This document shows positions 53,664 to 64,000 of a DNA stretch of 64,000 nucleotides, one piece after another. Each line of letters starts with the position of its first letter. Positions within the stretch are counted from its first letter, which is position 1. Below the pieces are notes generated by a model that was not told the DNA's origin, made no database searches, and worked only from the letters and a program-made list of their open reading frames with translations. The DNA is from Camelus ferus. Lineage: Eukaryota. The stretch is from assembly GCF_009834535.1 (NCBI RefSeq), contig NC_045696.1, positions 26,848,001 through 26,912,000 of the forward strand. Reading direction: 5' to 3'. The position numbers and the translations under genes were made by a program.

Positions 53664-54097
53664 TGCATCACTTATCCATTGCTGCGTCAAAACCATCCCA
53701 CCACTTAGCGGCCTAAAACAATAACTATTTATTCAGCTTGTGATTTTCTAAGGATTGAAAATTGACACTGAGCACTGCTGGAGGTTTTAACTTGTCTTGG
53801 TAGGACTCACACCTGTGGCATAGATCAGCTGCAAGGTTCAGTGGGGGACTCCCCTCTTGTCTTCCAGCAGCTAGACTTGGCCTACTTGCCTAGTGACTGG
53901 GCAAGGCCTTTTAAGACCCAGCCTCATAACTTGAACAGGGTCAGTTCTGCTACATTCTACTGGCCAAAGACACAAAGTCACAAGAACAGCACTGATGTAA
54001 AAGGAAGGGAAACACATTCCATCTCTTGATGGGGAGTTACTAAAAGTCACAATATATGGAGGGGAAGAATTTGTTGCCATTTTTGTAAACTATCACA
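53664..54097 (-). mobile_element. MLT1H-like MaLR LTR
   Basis: 'cacttagcggcctaaaacaataac', 'gcaaggccttttaagacccagcctcataact', 'ttctgctacattctactggccaaag', 'gccatttttgtaaactatcaca'. Confidence 0.8.
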
Positions 54098-54138
54098 GAG
54101 GGTAATCAAATTGGAGTTACTATTCACAAATTTACTAC

Positions 54139-54365
54139 AGTACAAATATGACAGAGCATCCTCATTGCGAAATGTGTGATGTTAATTTGAGACAGATCAA
54201 GCTATTAAAGGGAGACAGATACAAATTTTAGGTCCCTGAGTCACACGTAGTTATGAACACATACACAAACTTGCATGATGTTTAAATCAGATTTAGACCT
54301 TCTTCAGTGTACACCCAAGTCATGTGATAGTGGGTAGCTGATCTCTGTTTTGATGGCTGCAACTC
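54139..54365 (+). repeat. Local direct duplication, copy 1 (227 bp)
   Basis: Ungapped match to 55740-55966; 198/227 identical by hand count. Confidence 0.95.
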
Positions 54366-55272
54366 CAGTGATCTCGAGGAGAGGAGAGTAAACATTACAT
54401 CATCTGAATACAAAATGTCAGGTAAACATTACAAAGGAGTGTTGAGAGAATTGGCCTTCTAGTTCAAGCTAGGACTCACAATTTAAGTGATTTTCATGAG
54501 TTTGTTCATGAACTTGAGTTTACTTTTCCTTGTCTAATTTTTAAAGGTTGGACTAAATTAATCTAATGATCCTTTTCCTGTTTTGACTGGTGTTTATGAG
54601 TCACTAAGAATGATGAAAAGAGACGTGTTCTTTCAAGTGACTGTAAGACTATGAATACAAGAACAAAAAGGGAAATGCAAATGATTACGATACTTAGTGT
54701 CAAATGTCAAGATATTTGGAAATATCTAGATACTTATTTAAATTCTGTATGTCAGAGAAAAAGTTGAAAAATATATCTGTTTGCAAGCCAACTACAGAGA
54801 CATTTTCTTCAGAAGAAGCCAGTGTTATTATGAAAAAAAATTATTGGTTTAAGTATGGCAAATAATCCCATAATAACTACACTTAAAATGAGACCATGTA
54901 TCTAGGAGAGCATGATATAAACTCTTAGATGAATCTTCGTCATAATAAAAACAAATAATTGAATTCTACATATGATCTTATGTGTTCATATTTGCAGGAT
55001 ATATAAACTTAGACAAACTTTATTTTTTCCCCTATACCATGTGGCCCTAGGAATCAAGCACGAATTTATGTTTCTTCTACAAAACAGCTCCTAGAATCAA
55101 AAGCAATTTCTTAATTTGAAAAGAAGTGTTATATAATCCACAAAAGTGACAGCAACTCTACAGTGATGCTATTGTCACTGGAATACAGTTTTTCAAAACC
55201 TTCACATCCACGTAACTCTCTACAGTTTAGGCAATGCCTCAAAATTTTAAAGAACTCTAGAGGTTGACCTGC

Positions 55273-55459
55273 CCCATGATTATCAAAATGTGGTCCTGGG
55301 ATCAGGACCTGCAGCATAAGCATCGCCAAGGGACTTGTTCGAACTGATAATCCTCCAGCCGTACCTCAGACACACTGAAGCAGAAACTCTTAGAGGATTC
55401 TAGTAGTTCACCAGGTTCTACAGGTGATGTTCGCGCACACTAAGATTTCAGAACCACTG
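55273..55459. mobile_element. MER5A hAT-Charlie MITE
   Basis: 'tcaaaatgtggtcc..gcagcataagcatcgcc..ggacttgtt..ctcagacacactgaagcagaaactct..caggtgatg..cacactaagatttcagaaccactg'. Confidence 0.85.
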
Positions 55460-55739
55460 TTCTAGTCACCATTACTTAGTCAGTCATCTGGGCAGTATAT
55501 TTGGATTCATCTGGATAGAGCAAACTCACTCTTCTCTCACTATTGCTCTTTTCTGCTTTAAATAGGTCGCCAAAAGTTACCTCCATTTTCTGCAGGAGTG
55601 ATGCCTCTGTGCACACTAAGTTTCTCTGGAAGAATTCAGTTGACTTTATCAGGAGAATGTGGGCAAATGCTTTGTATATAAAAGGAATTCAGTAAATACT
55701 GCTTGACTTCATTTATTGTAATTTCACACAGGACACAAG

Positions 55740-55966
55740 AGTACAAATATGAGACACCACCCTTATTGTGAAATATGTGATGTTAATTTGAGACAGATCA
55801 AGCAATTAAAGGGAGATAGATGTAAATATTAGGTCCCTGAGTCACACATAGCTATGAACACATACACAAACTCGCATGATGTTTAAATCAAATTTAGACC
55901 TTCTGCAGTATATACACAAGTCATGTGTTAGCAGGTTGCTGACCTCTGATTTGATGGCCATAACTC
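55740..55966 (+). repeat. Local direct duplication, copy 2 (227 bp)
   Basis: Ungapped match to 54139-54365, offset 1601 bp. Confidence 0.95.
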
Positions 55967-58849
55967 TCTTAAAAAATGAATTAAGAAGATAACTTAAATA
56001 ATTCAATAAAAAAAGGGGCCATACAAAGAGTTACATTGTTGTTAAACTGGGGAGAATTGCATGGTTTAACAATCTCTTTTTAAAAAGAAAAAAGTCACAG
56101 CTCATGGTATCATAGGTGATTTTTCCAAAGTTAGATTGATTTTTCGTGACAAAATCAGGGCAGGAATTTAGGTTTCTAACTTAAAGTTCAGTCTTCTCTT
56201 CTTTAAAATCCACTCCTCCAGATGAATTAGAGATCTAGGGAAGTATTTTATTGTTTAACACCATCTATGACAAAATAATAACATGAACATCAAGTAGAGA
56301 AATAAACCTTTATGTGCAGAGAACAATGACAGAGGACACAATCAGTTCATGTAACGTGGAAGAAATAAAAATTTAGATTCTCCACAAAAGACTTGCTTCT
56401 TCCTCATTTTTTTTTTCAAGAGGTATCAACTTTTTCATTTTAAATCCTAAATAAGACATGACACCCAGGAATGCAGAGGCTTTGACTGGAAGCTTTTTTT
56501 ATTTCTTAAAAATCCTTTAAGCGTAAAGAAATCAAATTCCTTACCTAGGAAAACTCTTTTCATAACATCAAAAAGAGATAAATCCACAAAAGAGGGAGAA
56601 AAAAGAAAACTGTCGAAGGAGATTGTCATAGCAACCAGATAAGAACAAATCTGGCATAGAAAGCAACCTGATTATTTCTCCTTTCTAATCAAAATTATAT
56701 ATCATCAAGTTCAGAAGCAAAACAATTGGAAAAACAGTAAGGGAATTTCAAAGTATATCATATGCACATTAACATTTATTAACTCTCTCAGCACCTAAAG
56801 TAGGTGCAAGTATTAGTCAATTTAGGAATCATTTATTTTTCATGGGTTTTTTCCCCTCATTTCTGTCCTCTACTCCATACATTTAAAAATCAGCGAACAT
56901 TGATTATTCTTTTCCAGAAATATTTTTCAAAATCATATATTGTCTGTTTCTATGAAAACTCCAGCACTTCATACTGCCTCAATATTTTTAATCCAATTTT
57001 TTACAGTATCCATTGTCCCTAGTTAGTGCCTCATGTACAACTGACACCGACATAGTTTTCAGAAATGTTCATGTCTACTCGGTTTCTTGACAACAGGATG
57101 TTTATAAGTCTGAGTTTGGCCTCCAGTGCTTAGTGAACTCTGTAATGAATGAGGCATGGAGCAGAAATCCACATGCTGTTCACCAAGGTCAGGGCACCTT
57201 TTTTCCCTTTCCACAATTCCACATGTCTGGAGGAGTGAGCTGACGAAACCCAAGTGCAGAGCAGGATGACCCCAACTAAAGAGGCTCAGAGAATTTCCAT
57301 GAGACCCGGACGTGTTAACCGTATTTCTTGGGTTGGTAGCTCATTGCTGCCCTCTTCAACTCTGGTAAATTGTGAAAGATGTAGGTTATCATAAAGGCCC
57401 TGGGTAGATGCTTACAAATTCTCTGAAATAGAATGCTCCTGCTGCAAAAAAAGAACACTGATTCCTCTAACAAAAAATTAAATGGGGCACCAATGCACAG
57501 AAATACTTGCAACTTTGCAAACTGAATTGCCACCAAGACATATCTTTGACCTCTGTCTTTATTCCCATATCCACAGCAGGTTGTTCAAACAGAGTGAGGA
57601 GAAAATTCCCAGCCTATCTCATGCCTAATTGAAAGCTGCTGCAACCAACAGGACATGGTTACCTGAAGGCATGAACAGGGAATGCCAGGGCCAGAACAAA
57701 AGAGACTATTCATTATCCTGTTCCTCAGTGCACATCCACCTGTGCCTTTGAATGAGCATGGAAAGGTTACCCTCTGCAAAACAAACTTGTGGCTGCACAG
57801 TGCCCATCAATCAGATGGCTAAATTAATGAATCACACCTTCTGGAGTCCTAACTGCAAGTTTGAGGGCCTCTGGTCCTTACTGGAAAGAATAAATAGAAA
57901 TGAATTTGTTGGCTGCCTAAAAAATGAAGACTACTTTGTAGGTATGCTGACAGAGAGTATGTTAGGTCAAATTTTATAGAAGCAGAATCTGAGATGGAGA
58001 TTCTTACCCAATTGATTTATTGAAGAAGACTTCAACATGCCTCTTTCTTTTCTGGGGGGAGCAGATCCTTTTATTATTCTTTTATTTTTTCCCAAGTATT
58101 CAATCTCATTTTCAACACAAATTATCATGTTATTTTTCGGATGCATTTTGTGTCCCTTAATGGATTTAATTCTGCTAATTAATATTTTGAAAAAAAGAAT
58201 TATAGAAAACAAATATTGTGAGAAATAACTTCTAAACTGAAACTTACACACTTGAAAGCTGATTTCTTCAAAAATGATTTTGCTCTATTAAAAAAAAATC
58301 CATCATCTCCGCAGACCCAGACATGGGCTTGATAGGATTTCTTTTTCATAGGAAATTACTGTTATGACTGATTCTTGTTAACCCTAGGGGGAAAAAATCC
58401 AATGGCAAGGCCTAAGCAGAGACTGAAACAGAATGTTTTGTTGTCTGAAATGACAGTTTTTTGGTAGTAGTTGAAAGATAAATTAAATGTGTTAGAATCA
58501 AGTGAGATACTCTCTTTCTCTCTTCCCATTACCAAGCTACCACACTCTAACTGAATTATCACTAGGTGCCTCTGCCTCTTAACTCTCACATCCTGATTAT
58601 TAAATATATGTTTCATTCTCTGTTGTTATTCAGACTCACAGTGAAAACTGTCTGCTGGTAAGAATGAATGTGGTATTTGCTGCCTCAACCATCCCATACA
58701 GCCAAGCACCATGTCATACACAGCTTCCTGTCATGTACTCCTTTCACAGGTGGCTTTTTCTTGAATGCTGTTACCACCATCACCCTGTCCTTCCTAGGAG
58801 GCTCTTGCCAGCCCTTGAAGCAGAGTGGAGACGCCATGAGAATATTTGT

Positions 58850-61370
58850 ATCTAGTAGTTTTTGCTGGTTATATTTACTTGCGTTCTTATGGGTGAACGC
58901 ATTATAATTTGACATCTGTATGCCCTGTAAAGTAATCTTCGCCACAAGTCTAGTTATTCATCACCATGTATTTGTTCCTTTCCACCCATTTAGCTCACCC
59001 CCCCCCAATCCCTTCTCATCTGGTAACCACTAATCATATCTGTATCTAGGAGTTTGCTTTTGTTTTATTTATTTATTTATTTATTTATTTATTTTAGATT
59101 GCATATACGAGTGAAACCATATGGATTTGTTTTTCTCTGTCTGAAATTTCACTTAGCATAAGAACTTCAGAGCCCATCATGTTGTCAGAAATAGTAGGAT
59201 TTCATTCACTTGTCTGGCTGAGTAGTATTCTATTGTGTATGTAAACCACATCTTATTTCCCCATTCATCCATCAATGGACACGTAGGTTGTTTCTGTCCT
59301 TAGCTGCTGCAAATGCTGCTGTAATGAACATAGGGGTGCATATTTCTTTTTGAATTAGTGATTTTGTATTCTTGGGATACATATCCAGAAATCGAATGGT
59401 TGGGTTATGTGGTAGTTCTATTCTTAATTTTCTGAGGAATCTCCACACTGTTTATCCTGGTGGCTGCACCAATTTAAAATCCCACCAATAGTGTACAAGG
59501 TTTCCCTTTTCTCCACATCTCCAACTTTTTTCATTTCCTGTCTTTCTGGAAATATTAATTCTATCAGGTGTGAGGTGATATTTCATTGTGGTTTTGATTT
59601 ATATCTCTCCAACATTTAGTGGTATCAAACAGGACAGCTTTTTATTTGCCAGTTGGCCAACTGTTAGAAAAATGTATATTTACAGCGATTGTCACATCTA
59701 TGAAAGAAATAAAAAGAAAAATGTGTATTCAGATTCTCTACCCATTTTTCAATCAAGTTGTTTTATTTTGTTTTTGTTTATTTTTAAGAGTTCTTTATAT
59801 ACTTTGGATATTATCACGTTATTGGATATATCATTTGCAAATATTTTCTCCAATTTAGTAGGCTGATTTTTTGTTCTGATGATAGTTTCTTTTGCTGTCC
59901 AAAAACTTTTTCGTCTGATGTACTCCTATTTGTTTATTTTTGTATTTTTGTATTTTTTTTTTTTTTTGCCTTTGGAGTCTGATCTATAAAAACATTGATA
60001 AGACTAATGTTAATGAGGTTACTACCTAGGTTTTCTTCTAGGAATTTTATGGTTTCAGGTCTTATATACAAATCTTTAATCCATTTTGAGTTAATTTTTG
60101 TGTGTTATATAAGATACTGGTCTAGTTCCATTTTTTGGCATGTTGCTATCTAGTTTTCCCAGCACCATTTATTGAGGGAGCAAGATACCTCCAGCTTTGT
60201 TTTTCTTTCTCAAAATTGTTTTGTTTATTTGGGATATTCTGTGATTCCATACAAACTTTAGTATTATTCACTCTAATTCTGTGAAATATGATATTAGACT
60301 TTTGATAGGGATTGTATTGCATCTGTAGATTTCTTTGGGTGATATGAACATTTTAACAATATTAATTCTTTTAATCTATGAATACAGAATAGCTTTCCAT
60401 TTATTTGTGTCTTCTTCAATTTTTTTTTTTTTTATCAGTGCCTTATAGTTTCCACTGTACAGGTCTTTCATCACCTTGGTTAGATTTACTCCTGTGTATT
60501 TCATTCTTTTTGATGCAATTGTGAATAGGATTATTTTCTTAATTTCTTTTTCTGATTATTTTGTTATTAATGTACATAGAAACACTAAAAATATACATAT
60601 ATTTATTTTTTTCATCCTGTGACTTTGCTGAATTCATTTATTAGCCCTAACAGTTTTTTAGTGAAGTCTTTAGAGTTTTCTGTATATAGCAACATGTTAT
60701 CTGCAAATAGTGACAATCTTACTTATTCCTTTCTGATTTGCATGCCTTTTATGTCTTTTTCTTGCTTAATTGCTGTGGTTATGACTTTCAATGCTATGTT
60801 TAATAAAAATGGCAAAAGTGGGCATCCTTATTCCTGATCTTAGAGGAAATGCTTTCAGTTTTTCACCATTGAATGTTAGCGGTGGGTTTGTCATATATGG
60901 CCTTTATTATGTTGAGGTATATTCCTTCTATACTCACTTTGTTAAAAGTTTTTGTCATAAATGGATATTAAATTATGTCAGATGCTTTTTTGCATTTATT
61001 GAGATGATCACATGATTTTTATTCTTCATTCTGTTAATGTAATGTATCACATCGATTGATTTGCTGATGTTAAACTATTCTTGAATTTCAGGAATAAATT
61101 CCACTTGATCATGCTGTATGACCCTTTTAATGAATTTTTGGATTCAGTTTGCTTATATTTTGTTGAGCATTTTTGTAGCTATGTTCATCGGAGATACTGG
61201 CCTGTAATTTTCTTTTTTGTGGTATCCTTGTCTGGTTTTGGTATCAGAATAATTCTGATTTCACAGAATGTGTTTGGAAGGTTTTCTTCTTCAATATTTT
61301 GGAAGAGTTTTATAGAACTTGCCTATGAAGCTGTTGGATCCTGGGTTTTGTTTGTTGGAAACATGTTTCT
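58850..61370 (-). mobile_element. 5'-truncated LINE-1 (3' UTR and 3' half of ORF2) with internal deletions (e.g. ~60178)
   Basis: Antisense L1 throughout, e.g. 'tggtaaccactaatc', 'tgaggaatctccacactg', 'tcatttgcaaatattttctcc', 'aagtgggcatcctt..cctgatcttagaggaaatgctttc'. Confidence 0.92.
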
Positions 61371-61374
61371 TTCA

Positions 61375-61660
61375 ATGGCAAATAGAACAAGTAACAAAAA
61401 TGATATCAACAAGGATATATACATCTGAATAATAAAATTAGTATTAATATGCAAGTCAAAAATAACACCAAAAGAATATGAGGGGTAAATGGAGTAAAAG
61501 TGTTCTAAAGTTATATACATTGTTCAGTATATTGTAAAATTATTAATTTATTTAATATAATTAACTTAAAACTATGTTTTAAATGTCTAAAATTATTAAT
61601 TTATATAAAAATCTCTAGGTAACCACTTAGAGAAGAGTAAAAGACTGTACAACTAACATG
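61375..61660 (+). mobile_element. Old L1M inter-ORF relic
   Basis: 'aataacaccaaaagaatatgaggggtaaatggagtaaaagtgttctaaag', 'aatctctaggtaaccact'. Confidence 0.45.
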
Positions 61661-61699
61661 TACCCTAAGAAAGATCCTAGGTTTAAGCAGAGTATGTCA

Positions 61700-62121
61700 G
61701 AAAGCTACAGACCTAGGAGAACTGATGGCTGAGTTTCAGTCTTAGACAAAGGCCTGAGAACAGGAGAGATATGATTTCATTCCAGTCTGAAGGCCAGCAA
61801 ATTGGAGATCCAGAAAGAATTCATGTTTCAATTTGAGTCTGAAAGCAGAAATAAAAGTCAGTATCTCAGTTCTAAGGCTGTCATGCAGGAGTAATTCTCT
61901 CTTACTGGAAGAAGAACGAGTCTTTTTGTTTTATTCAGGACTTCAATTGACTGGATGAGACCCATTCACATTATGGAAGGCAATCTGTTTTACTCAGACT
62001 ACAAGTTAACAGTGTAATCTTATCCAAAAACACCTTCACAGAAAAACTCAGAATAGTGCTTAACCAAATAGTGAGGTACCCTGTGGCCCAGTCAAATTGA
62101 CACATAAATTTCATCATGACA
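61700..62121 (-). mobile_element. MLT2B-like ERVL LTR
   Basis: 'aggcctgagaacaggagag', 'tattcaggacttcaattgactggatgagacccattcacatt', 'ccctgtggcccagtcaaattgacacataaa'. Confidence 0.85.
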
Positions 62122-62456
62122 GAGGTGTTAAGGTTCACAATGCTGCTAATAGTAGAGGCAGAATTTGAATCCAGCTGCTCTGTCTCAAGGGCTTTTGCTT
62201 ACAAACACTGGTAAATATTGACATATCTACTTCAGAGAGAAAGAAAAGCTATCTTGAAGGTGAAATGTAAATAACTCTGAAAGGTGTCTCTGATAAAAAT
62301 TACCATCACCAAGAGTTTTCCAGTTGACTTGAATATTCCGACTTTGTCATGACTACCAAATAGATTTCTTAAGAAGTGTTTTGTGAGTAGTTGGTTGATT
62401 TTATTTGGAAGTTGAGATGACAGAGTCAATATGGCTTTAAAAGGCTTTAAGATCTT

Positions 62457-62601
62457 GGGAGAGGTTATAGCTCAGTGGTAGAGTGTGTGCTTACCTTAGC
62501 ATGTACAAGGACCTGAGTTCAATCCCCAGTACCTCTGTTTAATTAATTAATTAATTAACTAATTAATTAAAAAACCTAATTACCTCTCTCCACCCCCAAA
62601 A
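62457..62601 (+). mobile_element. tRNA-derived SINE of camelid (Vic-like) type with TSD
   Basis: A box 'tagctcagtgg', B box 'gagttcaatccc', AT microsatellite, 'aaacctaattacctc' tail. TSD taagatctt (62448-62456) / taaggtctt (62603-62611). Confidence 0.85.
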
Positions 62602-62802
62602 CTAAGGTCTTAGTGACTAGGATGATGACAATATCAATCAAGGAATAACTCAAGTGTCTTGATAGGGAAATCTAATTTGGGGTTCTAGTGAGACACGCAT
62701 ATGGACATAGCAAATAGACAGCAGCCAATCTAGTGTTCAGTTGAAAGATTAGAACTAGATATATAAATCTGCGGTCACAGGATCTACTCTTTTTCATTAC
62801 TT

Positions 62803-63004
62803 AAAAAAAATCTAATAGCTTTATTGAGATATAATTCAAATACTATTTGAGGTAAAAAATTCAATGGCTTTCAGCATATTCAGAGTTGTGCAACTATATC
62901 CACAGTCAATTTTAGAACATTTTCACTACCTGAAAAAAGAAACCCTGTACCCAGTAAGAGCTACCATTTCTGCCCAACCCACAACCATACACTCCCACTA
63001 ATCT
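62803..63004 (-). mobile_element. L1MB-type 3' end
   Basis: 'aatagctttattgagatataattca..catattcagagttgtgcaacta..caattttagaacattttcactacc..aaagaaaccctgtaccca'. Confidence 0.85.
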
Positions 63005-63378
63005 CCATTTATAAGGGGAGGTCTCCCCTCTGTACCTGGAAGAGAAGGATGACCAAATCTCTAGAAATTCTTATCAATGGAGAAGGCAAAGACTTAAATT
63101 TGCATCACAATCACCCTGGTTTACTGTGCTTTTCCTGGAAACTTCTCATAACTGACTTTCCACCCTCCACATCCTCTCTTGTCTTTAGCTGAGGATGGTG
63201 TTTAAGGTGAAGGCTACAACCATTTTGGCAAGTTACTTAGTTTTCCTGGATCCCTCCCATGTATACATGTTATTAAACTGTTTAATTTTTCTTCTGTAAA
63301 TCTGTCTCATGTCAATGTAATTCGTAGACCAGCCAAGAGAACCTAGAAGGGTAGAGGAAAATTTTTGCCTTTCCAACA
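63005..63378 (+). mobile_element. ERV1-class (MER34/MER39-like) LTR, 5' part missing
   Basis: Homologous to the LTR at 10486-12801; ends 'agaacctagaagggtagaggaaaatttttgcctttccaaca'. Confidence 0.75.
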
Positions 63379-63780
63379 CTTTCCAAGAAGGTGGTCACAT
63401 TTAAACATAGGCCAGCCTCAAAGTAACCTGAAGCCAACCTACTGCAGCACACTTCCAAGAAAGGATTTTCATGACCTTTTCATCTAAACAGAAAATAGGA
63501 GGAATAGAGAGGACACAAAACACTCTCTCCACCTGACCTGCTCATTCTGTGAAGTCCTTGGGACTGAAACAGCCCTAAGATGAAGGAGAGAAGATTTGAT
63601 TTTAAATCAAGTCCAGAATTTTGAGTAAGATTTTAAACAGAAATTGTAACTTTAGATCTTAGGCTTTTTGCAAGTAAGTGAGAGTAGCGTCTAGGCCAGC
63701 CATTTCTTAAGAGTGAGAAGATAAGCCAAATGTTCCACCAGAATTTTCATCTCAGGCCAAATCAGGGTTAAAGGAAGTTT

Positions 63781-63933
63781 ATACTGCACAGCACAGGGAA
63801 ATATATTCAATATCTTGCAGTAGCTCATAGTGAAAAAGAATATGAAAATGAATATATGTATATTCATGTATGACTAAGAATTATGCTGTATACCAGAAAC
63901 TGACACAACATTGTAAACTGACTGTAACTCAAT

Positions 63934-63998
<65 letters not shown>

Positions 63999-64000
63999 AT
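63781..64000 (+). mobile_element. Short young L1 3' end with an (AAAT)n tail running off the window
   Basis: Matches the reverse complement of the L1 3' UTR at 10685-10835 ('agcacagggaa.tatat.caa.atcttg..gtagctca.agtgaaa'). (AAAT)n from ~63937. Confidence 0.9.

Noticed and set aside
62457..62535. tRNA gene
   Set aside because: The A/B boxes belong to a SINE head, followed by a SINE tail and TSD; the cloverleaf is disrupted.
1..64000. CRISPR arrays, operons or other prokaryotic systems
   Set aside because: The sequence is mammalian, with no regularly spaced repeat-spacer array or dense coding structure.

Overview
AT-rich mammalian genomic DNA, intergenic or intronic. It is probably camelid, judged from a tRNA-derived SINE at 62457-62601 and L1 3' ends that resemble camelid types; both matches are from memory. 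I found no credible protein-coding gene: the longer ORFs in the track are broken L1 ORF2 pieces or chance ORFs. The window is a layered fossil record of transposable elements: several L1s, L2 and MIR relics, MaLR (MLT1) and MLT2 LTRs, a cluster of MER34/MER39-like ERV1 solo LTRs, and hAT/mariner DNA elements. The most striking feature is an L1 insertion at 10649-12549. It has a twin-priming 5' inversion and a 16-bp TSD, and carries a dense tract of A>G changes on the L1-sense strand in both oppositely oriented arms, as expected if an ADAR-hyperedited L1 RNA was reverse-transcribed into the germline. Other notable items are a 42-nt tailless 5S rRNA retrocopy with a 21-bp direct repeat, two tiny TSD-flanked orphan retro-insertions, a 227-bp ungapped local duplication carrying an AP-1 site, and a CpG- and motif-rich enhancer candidate near 51-52 kb. 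Repeat family names come from recalled consensus sequences, not a database search, and boundaries of old repeats are approximate.
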